A DNA stretch of 64,000 bases from Cyanobacteria bacterium J06626_6 (GCA_038523095.1 JBCBJS010000025.1:153-64152), one strand, 5' to 3'; shown: positions 7,326-18,217, counted from the stretch's first letter. Notes: generated by a model not told the origin, from the sequence alone. Program-made: numbers and translations.

Positions 7326-8804
7326 CTATGGCAGCTCCACCATCTCCCGCACATTTCCGCGAACTCTCCCTACACCTTTCTGAAATTGCCGGTCCTGCTC
7401 TGCAATTCTCAGCTGCAATCCACGCTTAGGCGACATCACAATCACCCCCGTACGATCTACTGGGGGCTGCGTGACAAATTCCAGTCGGTACCGCTGCAGC
7501 AGCGTAGCCAGAATGATTTTCATCTCCATCATCGCAAAACCTGCGCCAATGCACAGCCGAGGGCCAGCGCTGAAAGGGTTGTACTCGTAGCTATTGGGCT
7601 CAATCGTTTCCCACCGGCCAGGTGAAAATCGCTCCGGATCTGGATACAGGTCGTCCATATGATGCGTCTGAGAGATACTCACTAAAACTTCTGTATCGGC
7701 AGGCAATGTGTATCCACCAAGTACCGTTTCTCTCGCGGTTACTCGCCCATTCCAAGGCACTGGCGACAGCACCCGCATGCTCTCCTTAATAACACGATCC
7801 AACAGAGGAAGCGCCTGCAGCTGTTCTATCGAAGGTGCCCCTCCCTGCAAAACACTCTCCAATTCATCGAGCACATCTGCCATAATCTTCGGATGTTGCG
7901 ATAGCAATAGCAGCGTCCAGGTCAGCGCATTTGCACTTGTCTCGTGTCCAGCAACAAACAGTACCCCAACGTGACCTAGCAATTCTTCTTCACTCAATCC
8001 TGTCTGAGTCTCTTCATCCTGGACCTGCATCAGCATAGAAAGCACATCTGGGTCATCACTGCCCCTTTTTCTTTTGGCTTCTATGAGCGATCGCATTCCC
8101 TGCTCATACTGCGCCGCCAAGTTCAAATACCGATGCCAAGGCAAACCTGGCACATCCCACCGCAAAAGCTTCATCAATACATTCAGCTGCAGCCTCAGCG
8201 CCTCGTGGATAATTCCCCCGGTTTTTCCGCCCTCCGTACCAATGTCTTCACCAAATAGAGACCTAGTCGCAACCCGCAGCGTCAGCTGACGCATGACAGC
8301 CGCCATGTCGTACACCCCACCAACCTTGAGTCCACCCAGCTCATCGTCAGCAATGGACACCATATCTTGGGCATAGGTCGCAAGACGCTGGCGGTGAAAC
8401 GCTGGCATCATCAGCTTACGCTGTTGCAAATGTGCACCTTCATTTACCCCAAAAAGCCCTACCAAAAAATGATTCAACGGCTTCGTTCGCGTCGACTGAT
8501 TGCGCAGGCTATAGATTGGACCAGTGAGCGGATACTTATAGTAAACGTCGTGCTGGGTAACCACCTGACGCACCAAGTCCGGCCCACAGGCAAAAACTGT
8601 CCCGCAGCACGTAGGTCTTGGAGAATACAGGCGTGTACCACCCCCCGCATTCAAAGCGACGAGGTTACCGTACTCACGAAAGAGCTTGCGACTGTAGCCA
8701 ACCGAATCTTTTACAAACCGCAGAAGGCTAAATGCAGGGCCCAAAAAGGGTGAAGGCCGAGGACCTGGAACATTCAACGGTTGCCTGCCGAGTATGGTCG
8801 TCAT
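7326..8804 (-). CDS. Cytochrome P450
   Basis: AGHETSANAL (I-helix), ESMR (ExxR), PERFSP, heme loop PFSAGPRLCIG. ATG 8804 preferred over TTG 8828. Confidence 0.95.
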   Translation of the reverse strand: MTTILGRQPLNVPGPRPSPFLGPAFSLLRFVKDSVGYSRKLFREYGNLVALNAGGGTRLYSPRPTCCGTVFACGPDLVRQVVTQHDVYYKYPLTGPIYSLRNQSTRTKPLNHFLVGLFGVNEGAHLQQRKLMMPAFHRQRLATYAQDMVSIADDELGGLKVGGVYDMAAVMRQLTLRVATRSLFGEDIGTEGGKTGGIIHEALRLQLNVLMKLLRWDVPGLPWHRYLNLAAQYEQGMRSLIEAKRKRGSDDPDVLSMLMQVQDEETQTGLSEEELLGHVGVLFVAGHETSANALTWTLLLLSQHPKIMADVLDELESVLQGGAPSIEQLQALPLLDRVIKESMRVLSPVPWNGRVTARETVLGGYTLPADTEVLVSISQTHHMDDLYPDPERFSPGRWETIEPNSYEYNPFSAGPRLCIGAGFAMMEMKIILATLLQRYRLEFVTQPPVDRTGVIVMSPKRGLQLRIAEQDRQFQKGVGRVRGNVREMVELP

Positions 8805-8926
8805 CAGCACTCTCCTTCCCAAAGTCAAACAACAAACTCGGGCTATTTTGAGCGGGCGGTAAAGCCCTGTTTTTGGTTTGAGCGAAATCCACAGGCTCTG
8901 TAGAACTCATGAGCAAAGTGCCTGTC

Positions 8927-8942
8927 GCTATTGCACAATAGC
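8927..8942. promoter_or_regulatory. Palindrome GCTATTG-CA-CAATAGC upstream of the P450
   Basis: Perfect 7-2-7 dyad about 120 bp upstream of the P450 start. Confidence 0.35.
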
Positions 8943-8952
8943 ATCACTTAGT

Positions 8953-8993
8953 AGCAGCAAGCACGGGCAAATTCTATGCCCGTGCTTGCTGCT
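8953..8993. terminator. Perfect 17-bp stem-loop between the holin-family gene and the P450
   Basis: AGCAGCAAGCACGGGCA / TGCCCGTGCTTGCTGCT with a 7-nt loop; T-rich run on the + side only. Confidence 0.5.
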
Positions 8994-9084
8994 GTTTCTT
9001 TAGCGCTGCGCCAGCTGAAAACAGTGTAGGTAGAGGACCGGCTTCAGCCGGATTTGCCGTCTGAAGTGAGCCTCTAAAGTGAGC

Positions 9085-9546
9085 CTATGAAATAGTGACA
9101 GCTTCTACAGTGATAACTCGCTCAGCAGCAGGTCGAACGTCGTATAGTTCTGTCTGCTCTAGCGTTTGCTGACGACCTATCGCAGCTAACTTCTTATCAA
9201 TGCCTTTACGAACCAAGTAGTTAGTCAGCGCAGTGCTCACGAAGGAGAGCGCCATGGGGCCAAAGAGAAAGGCAAAGAACCCATGGATAGTAAACCCAGG
9301 CACGACTAGCGAAGCCAGCCAAAAACAAAAGCCATTTACCACCAGTGAGAACCCACCCAATGTCAAAATACTCATGGGTAGGGACAGTAACTTAATAACC
9401 GGCTTTATTGAGCTATTGACTAGCCCAATCGACAGTGCCGCGCCCAACGCAACCGGAAACGTTGCAATACCCACCCCAGGCACCAAAAAGTCAACAACCA
9501 GTAAGCTAAAGGCTGTAACCAGGGTTGTCAGCAAAAATCCCAACAT
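9085..9546 (-). CDS. Phage-holin-family (YvlD-like, 4 TM) membrane protein
   Basis: ALGAALSIGLVNSSIKPVIKLLSLPMSILTLGGFSLVVNG motif; GAGGAG RBS. Confidence 0.85.
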   Translation of the reverse strand: MLGFLLTTLVTAFSLLVVDFLVPGVGIATFPVALGAALSIGLVNSSIKPVIKLLSLPMSILTLGGFSLVVNGFCFWLASLVVPGFTIHGFFAFLFGPMALSFVSTALTNYLVRKGIDKKLAAIGRQQTLEQTELYDVRPAAERVITVEAVTIS

Positions 9547-9738
9547 TGTTTTCTCCTCTTTTTTTCTCTATTTTTTCGTTTTTCTTTGCCCTTCAAGCAT
9601 GACAAAAGAGAAACTCAATTCAGAGTGTAGAGAACCCTATCAAACCCTGTGAAAACCATACTCTCGGTAGGGTTTTCCTCCCACAAAGTTCGGTTGAAAG
9701 AACGTCTTGCACGTGGCGTGTGAACCAATGAACCAGCG

Positions 9739-11136
9739 CTACGATGCGGCAGTCACACCACCAGCACTGTCATCAGCAGGCGCACTCTCACCATCTGCAG
9801 CACCGCTCTCTAGCTGCGGATGCGTCACCACTAGCTGATAGGTTAGGTAGCTCAGCAGTACAGCCATGTAGCCTGTGAGTGCACACCAGAGCCAGACCTC
9901 GCTCCGTTGATAAACGGCTAACCCAATCAAAGGCAAAAATCCAGCAAAAAACCCAAGCAGCGCGCCATTTCTTAGGGCTGCTCCTGCCTTGATACCGATA
10001 AAGTAGCTCTCCATCATAAAGGCCGCTGCCGTTAGGCTCAGCAAAGGTATCAGCCACGCTGTGTACTGCTTCATGGCATCTGATACTTCAGTGTGGTTGG
10101 TGAGTAGGCTAAATACCCTATCTGGGAAAAGTACTGTGCAGAGTGCAAAGGCCAGTGCGATTGCAAGTCCATTCACCACCGCCACCCGCAGCACTGGCAA
10201 AATCTGGCTTACAACGCCTTTCCCCTTGAAGTTACCAATCAAAGTCTGGGAGGTCATGCCGACTCCCTGCACCGTAAACTGGCTCAGCAGTGCAATCTGC
10301 AACAGCAAACCGTTTTCGGCCAGCGCTTCTGTACCAAAAGAAGCACTCAAATTAGTAAAAATAGAATAGGCCGAAATCAGCGCCAGGAATCGGACCAAAA
10401 TATTGCCCTTCAGCACCACAGCTGACATCAGCGCCTCCCGCTCCATCACCTGCCCCCAGGCTCTACCAACCAGCTGCCACTGCGTCGTTAGCAGTAGTGC
10501 CAGCAGCCCCACACCCAGTGCCAGGTAATGACTGAGCGCGGTTGCCAGCCCGGCGCCCGTACTTTCCCATCCCCACCGCATAATCATCAGATAGTCAAAC
10601 AACACATTTGTACCGTTGCCAACAATGGACATCAGAAAGACGATTCCATTCATTTCTCGGCCAAGGAACCAGCCAATTAAAACAAAATTTAGCAGAACAG
10701 CAGGCGCGCCCCACACCCTCGCATTGAAGTATTGCAGCCCGGCTATCTCTGTGTCTGAAGAACCCGAAAGAATCGCAAATCCCAGCTGATGGATCGGGGT
10801 TTGCAATAGCAAAATGACAGCAGCGATCGCAACAGCTATCAGACCACAGCGCAGCACTGCAACCACCACAGCCGTCGGATCGTCCTCCCCCATCGCATTC
10901 GCCGTTAGCGAATTGGTGCTGTTGCGCAAAAACTTCAGAATCCGATAGATGTAGTCAAATAAGATTCCACCTAAAATGACGCCCGCCAAAGAATTGATAT
11001 TCGACAGATGGCCCAAGAAAGCAGCGTCAAACAGTCCGGCCAGCGGCACCATCATGTTTGACAACATGGCAACCACAGCCAACCGATAGAAGCGGGGTAA
11101 AAAGCGCTTGTAGGATGCAGGCACAGAAAACGTCAT
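9739..11136 (-). CDS. MATE family efflux transporter (DinF-like)
   Basis: RLAVVAMLSNMMVPLAGLFDAAFLGHL, ARVWGAPAVLLNFVLIGWFLG; about 12 TM segments. Confidence 0.88.
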   Translation of the reverse strand: MTFSVPASYKRFLPRFYRLAVVAMLSNMMVPLAGLFDAAFLGHLSNINSLAGVILGGILFDYIYRILKFLRNSTNSLTANAMGEDDPTAVVVAVLRCGLIAVAIAAVILLLQTPIHQLGFAILSGSSDTEIAGLQYFNARVWGAPAVLLNFVLIGWFLGREMNGIVFLMSIVGNGTNVLFDYLMIMRWGWESTGAGLATALSHYLALGVGLLALLLTTQWQLVGRAWGQVMEREALMSAVVLKGNILVRFLALISAYSIFTNLSASFGTEALAENGLLLQIALLSQFTVQGVGMTSQTLIGNFKGKGVVSQILPVLRVAVVNGLAIALAFALCTVLFPDRVFSLLTNHTEVSDAMKQYTAWLIPLLSLTAAAFMMESYFIGIKAGAALRNGALLGFFAGFLPLIGLAVYQRSEVWLWCALTGYMAVLLSYLTYQLVVTHPQLESGAADGESAPADDSAGGVTAAS

Positions 11137-11302
11137 GGTGAGGCAGTAGGTAAGCACCCCTATCATTACAGCTACAACCCTCGTTGCGCAAAACAACTCA
11201 ACGATGAAGATTTTGAATAGCTAAGTCGCTGAAGACTAAGCCGCCGTGTAAAGCAGGTTAAATTCAAAACATAAAATGTTTCCTGCTTGTGTGTCCGCTT
11301 AG

Positions 11303-11653
11303 ATGTATAAAGTTAGCCTGCGAGATGCTAAAAACCGGCTTGCTCAGCTTATGGAAGTAGCGGCCAAGGGAGAATCGGTCATCATCGTTCGCGAAGATGG
11401 CACAGCATTTAGCCTGACGTTAGCTGAGGTAGCGGCTGACAGCCCCGACACCTCAACCACCACAGAAGCGCCTCAGCCAACAACCCAGCCCAGCCCGCAG
11501 AAACGCGGCGTCAGCCAGTCATCTGACTTCGATGCTCAGAGCTTCATGCAAGAGCTGGAAGATGCATATGAAGAACAGACAAACCAGCAAGCGTCTCACA
11601 AGCAAAGCGCAGACTGGGACACCAGCATAGAAAAGTATTTCAGTGAAGACTAG
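11303..11653 (+). CDS. Phd/YefM-family antitoxin-like protein with extended C-terminus
   Basis: N-terminus VSLRDAKNRLAQLMEVAAKGESVIIVR is the Phd/YefM DNA-binding signature. Confidence 0.75.
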   Translation: MYKVSLRDAKNRLAQLMEVAAKGESVIIVREDGTAFSLTLAEVAADSPDTSTTTEAPQPTTQPSPQKRGVSQSSDFDAQSFMQELEDAYEEQTNQQASHKQSADWDTSIEKYFSED

Positions 11654-12046
11654 CCAGGCAGAAAATTCCTTGAGCAGAAGCAATTTCTACCCAAGGAAGT
11701 ATCTGGGTTGGTTCAGTATGTTCCTTTGGAGTCAGTAGGGAGCCCTGAGCCAAACTGTAGGCTATTCAACAGTTAAGGAAAGTTGAAGTATCTGAGAGTA
11801 TTTACCTCTCAGGGCATCATGCCTTCTAGGAAACACCATATGTCTTTCCTAGTTTGAAATTAATGCCTTTCTACGCAGCAAAATTTGTACGCATTGCTTT
11901 TACGCATACGAGTTTTACTGTCGCTGATCGCCTATTCGCTCACTGATTGACTCGCTCCCAGCTTAGCTGCAGCCAGCCTCACGTACGAGCACTGTTATAG
12001 AGGGTCAGCTAGGGCATTGCTCTCAAGTAATTAGGACTTTTATAGA

Positions 12047-12478
12047 ATGGAATCTGATCCTCAAAAACAAACTGCCGGACAACTGGAGCGAGCCATTTCT
12101 CAGAGCCTACAGGCACTCTACAAGAAGCAGCTAGGGCAAACCCCCTCTAAAGTAACCTGTCAATTCTTCGAAACTAAAATTGGCATCGTTATCGAAGATT
12201 CCATCACCAAGCCAGAACTGCTTATGCTCGAAGCGAACGATACCGCACTGGTTGAGCAGGTGCGCCGAGACATTAACGGTATTATCCAGAAAAAGGTAAG
12301 AGAGCTGGCCTTAGAAATTCTTCAGCTCGAAGCTACCGATGTCTTGATAGATACGTCCATAGATACAGGCACTACCGGCATCGTTGTCTCTTTGTCGGGC
12401 ATTCCCAATGTGCGAAATGTAGAAGCTATTCCAAAAGCAACCAAGAGAAAGTCAATCTCCAGCCAAGAAGAGCAATAG
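12047..12478 (+). CDS. DUF2294 (MpsC-like) domain protein
   Basis: QLERAISQSLQALYKKQLGQTPSKVTCQFF...IEDSITKPE. Confidence 0.85.
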   Translation: MESDPQKQTAGQLERAISQSLQALYKKQLGQTPSKVTCQFFETKIGIVIEDSITKPELLMLEANDTALVEQVRRDINGIIQKKVRELALEILQLEATDVLIDTSIDTGTTGIVVSLSGIPNVRNVEAIPKATKRKSISSQEEQ

Positions 12479-12531
12479 AACGGACGCAAAATACACCGGC
12501 TACGGCCAAAAACTGTCACCAAAAACTGTCA

Positions 12532-12960
12532 TTGGCTTATCCGTCTCACGCCATCCCACCCGCCATATTTTCAAAGCGAATTTCATCAGGTCAGGCTGTA
12601 AAAATGCCCCAGAAAAAAGAAATACATGGGTTAGAAGCAGCGCTTGAGCATGCCTTGAAAAATGTACATATCAGCTGTCTGGGCTACGGACCAAACAAAT
12701 TGAGGTGCGAATTTTTGCGAACTTGCGATCTGTTGGTGAGTGTCGAAAGGCCACGGTCTCAGCCAGAGAAACTCCTACTGAACGAGGGACATGAGGAAGA
12801 GGCTCAGCGAGCAGGATATTCTGTAAACAAAGGGCTGAAGCAGAAGTTTTTAGATGAACTACTGCAGCGGTTTGGGCTGACAATTACTAACGTCGCCACT
12901 CTCAAGCCCAGCTTACCCGAAAAATTCAATTTGCTGATCTCCATCGAGCTAGACCATTGA
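12532..12960 (+). CDS. Divergent DUF2294-like paralogue
   Basis: LEAALEHAL...LGYGPNKLRCEF...PRSQPEKLLLNEGHEEEAQ is colinear with the upstream gene. TTG start uncertain. Confidence 0.6.
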   Translation: MAYPSHAIPPAIFSKRISSGQAVKMPQKKEIHGLEAALEHALKNVHISCLGYGPNKLRCEFLRTCDLLVSVERPRSQPEKLLLNEGHEEEAQRAGYSVNKGLKQKFLDELLQRFGLTITNVATLKPSLPEKFNLLISIELDH

Positions 12961-12969
12961 ACCAACTGA

Positions 12970-14103
12970 TTAGGCTGCGATCGCCATCTCCCCAGAATTC
13001 AACACGCTAATGTAAAACCGCTCTAGCTGACGCGTTGCACCTTCCCAGCCCCAGCGCTCTGCCTCCACCCGGGCGTTCTGACGCAGCAGTTCGCGCTCTG
13101 CTCGCATACCCAGCAGCTTTTGCGTAGCTACCACCGCGCCTGCCTCGTCAGCAGGGTCGAACATAAAGCCATTCACCCCATCGGTCACAATGTCGGGAAT
13201 GCCGCCCGCGTTTGCCGCCACCACTGGGCAGCCCGCCGCCATCGCCTCCAGCAAAACCAGACCCAGCGTCTCGGTTCGCGACGGGAAAATAAATGCATCG
13301 GCAGATGCATAGGCCGCACCCAGTTCTTCACCGGCCAAATAGCCGACAAAGTTTGTAGGCGTCCCTTCAAAGTGTTTTTCCAGATCTTCGCGGTGGGGGC
13401 CATCACCCACTAGCGCTAGCCGCGCGCCCGGAATGGCTTCTAGTACCGGCTTGATGCGATCAATCTCTTTTTCGGCAGATAGCCGACCGATATAGATCAA
13501 AATTGGCGCATCGGGATGGCCCGAGCTCAGGCGCGATCGCATCTCTTCACTCCGCAGCTCAGGCCGAAACAAATCCGTATCGACCCCGCGCTGCCACACT
13601 TCCACCCGCTCAATATCGTGGGCAGTCAGCTCCGCCTGCATTGCCGTAGAGGTACAGAGATTTAGGGCCGCATTGTTGTGCATCGCCTTGAGTAGCTCCC
13701 AGAGCACGCCCTCTAGCAGACCCAGATTGTAGTGCTCCAAATATTTCGGCAGGTGTGTGTGATAAGAAGCCACCAGCGGAATATTGAGAGACTTGCTGTA
13801 ATAAATTCCCCCGAGGCCCAGCACAGCTGGATTTACCACGTGAATCAGATCGGGGTTAAAGTCCTCAATGGCCTCTCGCATAGACGGGCGCGGAAACGCC
13901 AGCTTTAGCTCCGGATAAAGCGGTAGCGGAAATCCCGATACGCCCTTCACTTCTGCCCCCTTATACTCCGTCAGCCCGCCCTCAGGGCAAAAAACACACA
14001 CCTCATTGCCAAAGGCCTGCAAATGCTCAACGGTGTGCTTTAGTCGGGTGACAATGCCGTCAACCTTGGGCAGAAACGTCTCAGTAAAGATAGCAATGCG
14101 CAT
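12970..14103 (-). CDS. sqdX: Sulfoquinovosyl-diacylglycerol synthase (GT4 glycosyltransferase)
   Basis: MRIAIFTETFLPKVDGIVTRL, PSRTETLGLVLLEAMAAG; directly downstream of sqdB; 377 aa from ATG 14103. Confidence 0.92.
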   Translation of the reverse strand: MRIAIFTETFLPKVDGIVTRLKHTVEHLQAFGNEVCVFCPEGGLTEYKGAEVKGVSGFPLPLYPELKLAFPRPSMREAIEDFNPDLIHVVNPAVLGLGGIYYSKSLNIPLVASYHTHLPKYLEHYNLGLLEGVLWELLKAMHNNAALNLCTSTAMQAELTAHDIERVEVWQRGVDTDLFRPELRSEEMRSRLSSGHPDAPILIYIGRLSAEKEIDRIKPVLEAIPGARLALVGDGPHREDLEKHFEGTPTNFVGYLAGEELGAAYASADAFIFPSRTETLGLVLLEAMAAGCPVVAANAGGIPDIVTDGVNGFMFDPADEAGAVVATQKLLGMRAERELLRQNARVEAERWGWEGATRQLERFYISVLNSGEMAIAA

Positions 14104-14240
14104 AGTTCCTTGCAGGGCGTAAATGGGTGAAACGACAAAAGGCCATCGAGCATTAAGAACATAGCGTTCATAGTGTTCAATGACCTTTCTAGACAATTTT
14201 AGTAGCCCAGAGGCCACTCAATATCGTCTTTCAAAGCAGC

Positions 14241-15401
<1,161 letters not shown>

Positions 15402-15739
15402 TTATGAAACCTTTAATTAATGATCTTTGCTGATGCTCAATTTATCAGGTTTAGGGGTACTGGTGGGTAGTTTCTTGCAAAGGGGGTCGTCTGAAAAGGA
15501 ACCAGTGAACATTTTTACAGACGACTTTCAGCCTCAATCACAAACCTTGAAGTCCCCATGTAAAGGGTTTTTCAGAATGCTCAGAGCAGATATCGATGTG
15601 CTGAAATTTCTCTCTACCACTTTTTTTCATGGGGGATAAAATGCTAGGAAAGCCAATAAATCTCGTTTAAGAGAAGTTTAAATTGCAAAAGGTTTGTCCT
15701 TTTGTCGGGACTGCCGTTAAGCCTGCCGCTAGCCTGTCA

Positions 15740-16927
15740 TTAGTCTGCGACCAGTCGAAACACAAGCAGCTGGGTCTCTTGCTCTGCCAAAAAATTGTCG
15801 TCACTCATCAGCAGAAGGCTGCGGCTGCGATCGCCCAACGTAGGGCCAAATGTCATCGCTTCATAATTTTGCATCGGCATCGATAGCGTGTTGAGGTCTA
15901 GCACTTCTTGCTTTTGGATGGGGTTGATGCCGCCAATATCACCGCCATTGTCAGTTCGCAATGAGGCGATCGCGCTAATGTCTGTGGCTCCTCCAGAGGC
16001 CAGCTGATATAGCTTTATCGCTAAGCCCTGAAACCCATAGGACCGCTCCAAGCTCAAAAAATGACCGCCCTGGTCCAGCACAACAATTTCTGGCACGCCG
16101 TGCAAAATTGCCCCCGTCGGTGCCAGATCCATCTCATACAGATGCTCTGAAATCAGGGTCGTTTGGTAAGGATCAATGGTGTAGTGCAGCAGCCGGTTCT
16201 TGTAGGGAATTTCTGGCGCAAAGTCTAGGTCTTGCAGCAGAGGCCCTTCTGTCGCCACAAACAGCCGGTAAGGTTCATACACCCCGCCTGTTCCAGAGGA
16301 AACATTCACCGCCAGCGCTTCGAAGCTAAGATTTTCTTGTACGCCCTTGCTCTGGGGCACCGCTTCGTCGCCATTTTGCACACCATCTGGAAGGTAGCGG
16401 CCTGGCACCGGAATCTCTTTTGTGAGCTGGCCGGTCGCGATATCGTATTCGCCAATCGCAGGGGGAATGCTCGCCTTGGGTGACCCTTCTGAAGAGATCA
16501 GCAGCGTGTTGCTGGGCGTAATCGCCATCCCTTCCGGGTCCAAGCTACCTGGCTCGCAAGGGTTGCCTTCTGCGTCCTTAAGGTAGGTGACAGATTCTAC
16601 GGCGAGGGTAGGCGTTGAGGAGAGATTTTGCAGCGCTAGCGTGTAGAAACGCGGGCGATCGCGGTTGTCAGAGAGTGCGTAGAGTCGGTCGGTTGGTATA
16701 TCGTAGGCAATCGCCGAAATACCTCCCACAGGCTCACCCTCAAAACTTTGCTTCGGCAAAATTACCGTGCCGACTAGCTCGACAGAGAGATCTAAAAAAA
16801 GCCGATCTTCGGCACTGACCTGCGGCAAGCTACATCCGCTGAGGGACACCACCATGACAGCACCAATTATCCAGGTGAAAACAGCTCGTAAGCGCTGCTT
16901 GCTTGAGAACGTTTTTTTAAGAGCCAT
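15740..16927 (-). CDS. Esterase-like activity of phytase family lipoprotein
   Basis: Lipobox SLSGC, GGISAIAYD, ALSD, LDPEG, QENLSFEAL, LSLERS, SDDNF. Confidence 0.85.
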   Translation of the reverse strand: MALKKTFSSKQRLRAVFTWIIGAVMVVSLSGCSLPQVSAEDRLFLDLSVELVGTVILPKQSFEGEPVGGISAIAYDIPTDRLYALSDNRDRPRFYTLALQNLSSTPTLAVESVTYLKDAEGNPCEPGSLDPEGMAITPSNTLLISSEGSPKASIPPAIGEYDIATGQLTKEIPVPGRYLPDGVQNGDEAVPQSKGVQENLSFEALAVNVSSGTGGVYEPYRLFVATEGPLLQDLDFAPEIPYKNRLLHYTIDPYQTTLISEHLYEMDLAPTGAILHGVPEIVVLDQGGHFLSLERSYGFQGLAIKLYQLASGGATDISAIASLRTDNGGDIGGINPIQKQEVLDLNTLSMPMQNYEAMTFGPTLGDRSRSLLLMSDDNFLAEQETQLLVFRLVAD

Positions 16928-17062
16928 TTTGAATGAAAATTCAGTACACGGGTTTGCATACACAGGCTTGCATACAAAGACAAGATAAATGATTTAGGCC
17001 ATAGCGAGGGGGCAATAGCCAGCCTCCTCAGCTCGAACATTTACAGCAAAAATCGACGCCGG

Positions 17063-17148
17063 CATGTTTAACCCAGTATGTTTTTAGCTCGCCATGTTTA
17101 GCTCGCCATGTTTAGCCCACCATGTTTAGCCCACTATGTTTAACGAAG
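17063..17148 (+). repeat. Tandem repeat, about 14 bp x6 (CATGTTTAGCCCAC-like), ending in the RluA start codon
   Basis: ATGTTT at 17064, 17078, 17094, 17108, 17122, 17136. Confidence 0.9.
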
Positions 17149-18137
17149 GCTGGACTTACACAGATGCCATCAGCGCAGCCGCCGCAGGCCAATCCGTGCT
17201 GGCCTTCTACACTCAGCGGTACCGCCACTCCGACCAAGCCACGTGGCAGGCGCGCATATCAGCTGGCCAAATTTTACTCGATGGTCAGCCCACGACGCCG
17301 CACACTCGCCTAGCCCGCGGTCAGCAACTCACATATGAGCGATCGCCCTGGCAAGAACCCACTGTCCCGCTCAATTTTCCGATACTCTACGAAGACGCTC
17401 ACCTATGGGCGATCGCAAAACCATCTGGCCTGCCCGTCCTACCCGGTGGGCGCTTCTTGCAGCACACTGTGCTCTACCAAATGCAGCAGCGCCACCCCGG
17501 CGAGCAGCCAGCTCCCGTTCACCGTCTGGGCAGAGGCACCTCCGGCATACTGCTAATTGCCAAATCTCAGCAGGCCAGAGCCGTCCTCGCCCGCCAGTTC
17601 CGAGAACACACCACCCAAGCGAGCCATCCAAAGAGCTCTCCAACGACCTCTCCAACCCCCACCCAGCAGACCTTCCAGAAAACCTACCGCGCCCTCATTG
17701 GTCCCACCACACCAGCCCAGTTCCCAGCACAGCTCACCTGCACCTATCCCATCGGGAAGCACCCCTATCCCCAGCTCGGCTATCTCTACGCCCACACCCC
17801 CAACGGACTCCCTGCCAAAAGCACCTGCACCGTCCTCCAGCGCAGGCCAACGTCCACCCTGCTAGATGTCTCTATCCAAACCGGTCGCCCCCACCAGATT
17901 CGCATTCACCTCGCCGCCGCTGGCTACCCGCTCCTCGGCGACCCGCTCTATACCACCCGCGGCATTCCCTACCCACAGTCCGCTGCCATCCCCAGCGACT
18001 GCGGCTACCACCTCCATGCCCACCGCATCCAGTTCTCCCACCCCCAAACGGGCAAATTCCTATCGATTGAAGCCCCGCCGCCAAGCCTGCTTCAGCCTAC
18101 GCAGTCAGTAGCGAACCCAAATCAGACACCTCAATGA
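17136..18137 (+). CDS. RluA-family pseudouridine synthase with N-terminal S4-like domain
   Basis: KPSGLPV, catalytic HRLGRGTSG variant, TGRPHQIRIHLA, HLHAHRIQF. Confidence 0.88.
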   Translation: MFNEGWTYTDAISAAAAGQSVLAFYTQRYRHSDQATWQARISAGQILLDGQPTTPHTRLARGQQLTYERSPWQEPTVPLNFPILYEDAHLWAIAKPSGLPVLPGGRFLQHTVLYQMQQRHPGEQPAPVHRLGRGTSGILLIAKSQQARAVLARQFREHTTQASHPKSSPTTSPTPTQQTFQKTYRALIGPTTPAQFPAQLTCTYPIGKHPYPQLGYLYAHTPNGLPAKSTCTVLQRRPTSTLLDVSIQTGRPHQIRIHLAAAGYPLLGDPLYTTRGIPYPQSAAIPSDCGYHLHAHRIQFSHPQTGKFLSIEAPPPSLLQPTQSVANPNQTPQ

Positions 18138-18217
18138 TCGGCCATCCCCATTGTGAAAGCCAACCCCAATTGACTACTCTCGGTAGAGCATCTTCCTGTT
18201 CTTCTATATTCTTTTAT

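Noticed and set aside
9085-9546. Phage holin as evidence for a prophage
   Set aside because: YvlD-like family is common on bacterial chromosomes; no endolysin, integrase or structural genes nearby.
9739-11136. MATE pump as part of a toxin (guanitoxin GntT-like) cluster
   Set aside because: No biosynthetic genes adjacent; treated as a generic MATE transporter.
11757-11771. GTA-N8-AAC NtcA-like site before the DUF2294 genes
   Set aside because: Non-canonical and short; no clear -10 element at the expected distance.
17335-18111. Many long overlapping ORFs within the RluA-family gene
   Set aside because: C-rich codon usage removes stops in other frames; the products are low-complexity with no motifs.
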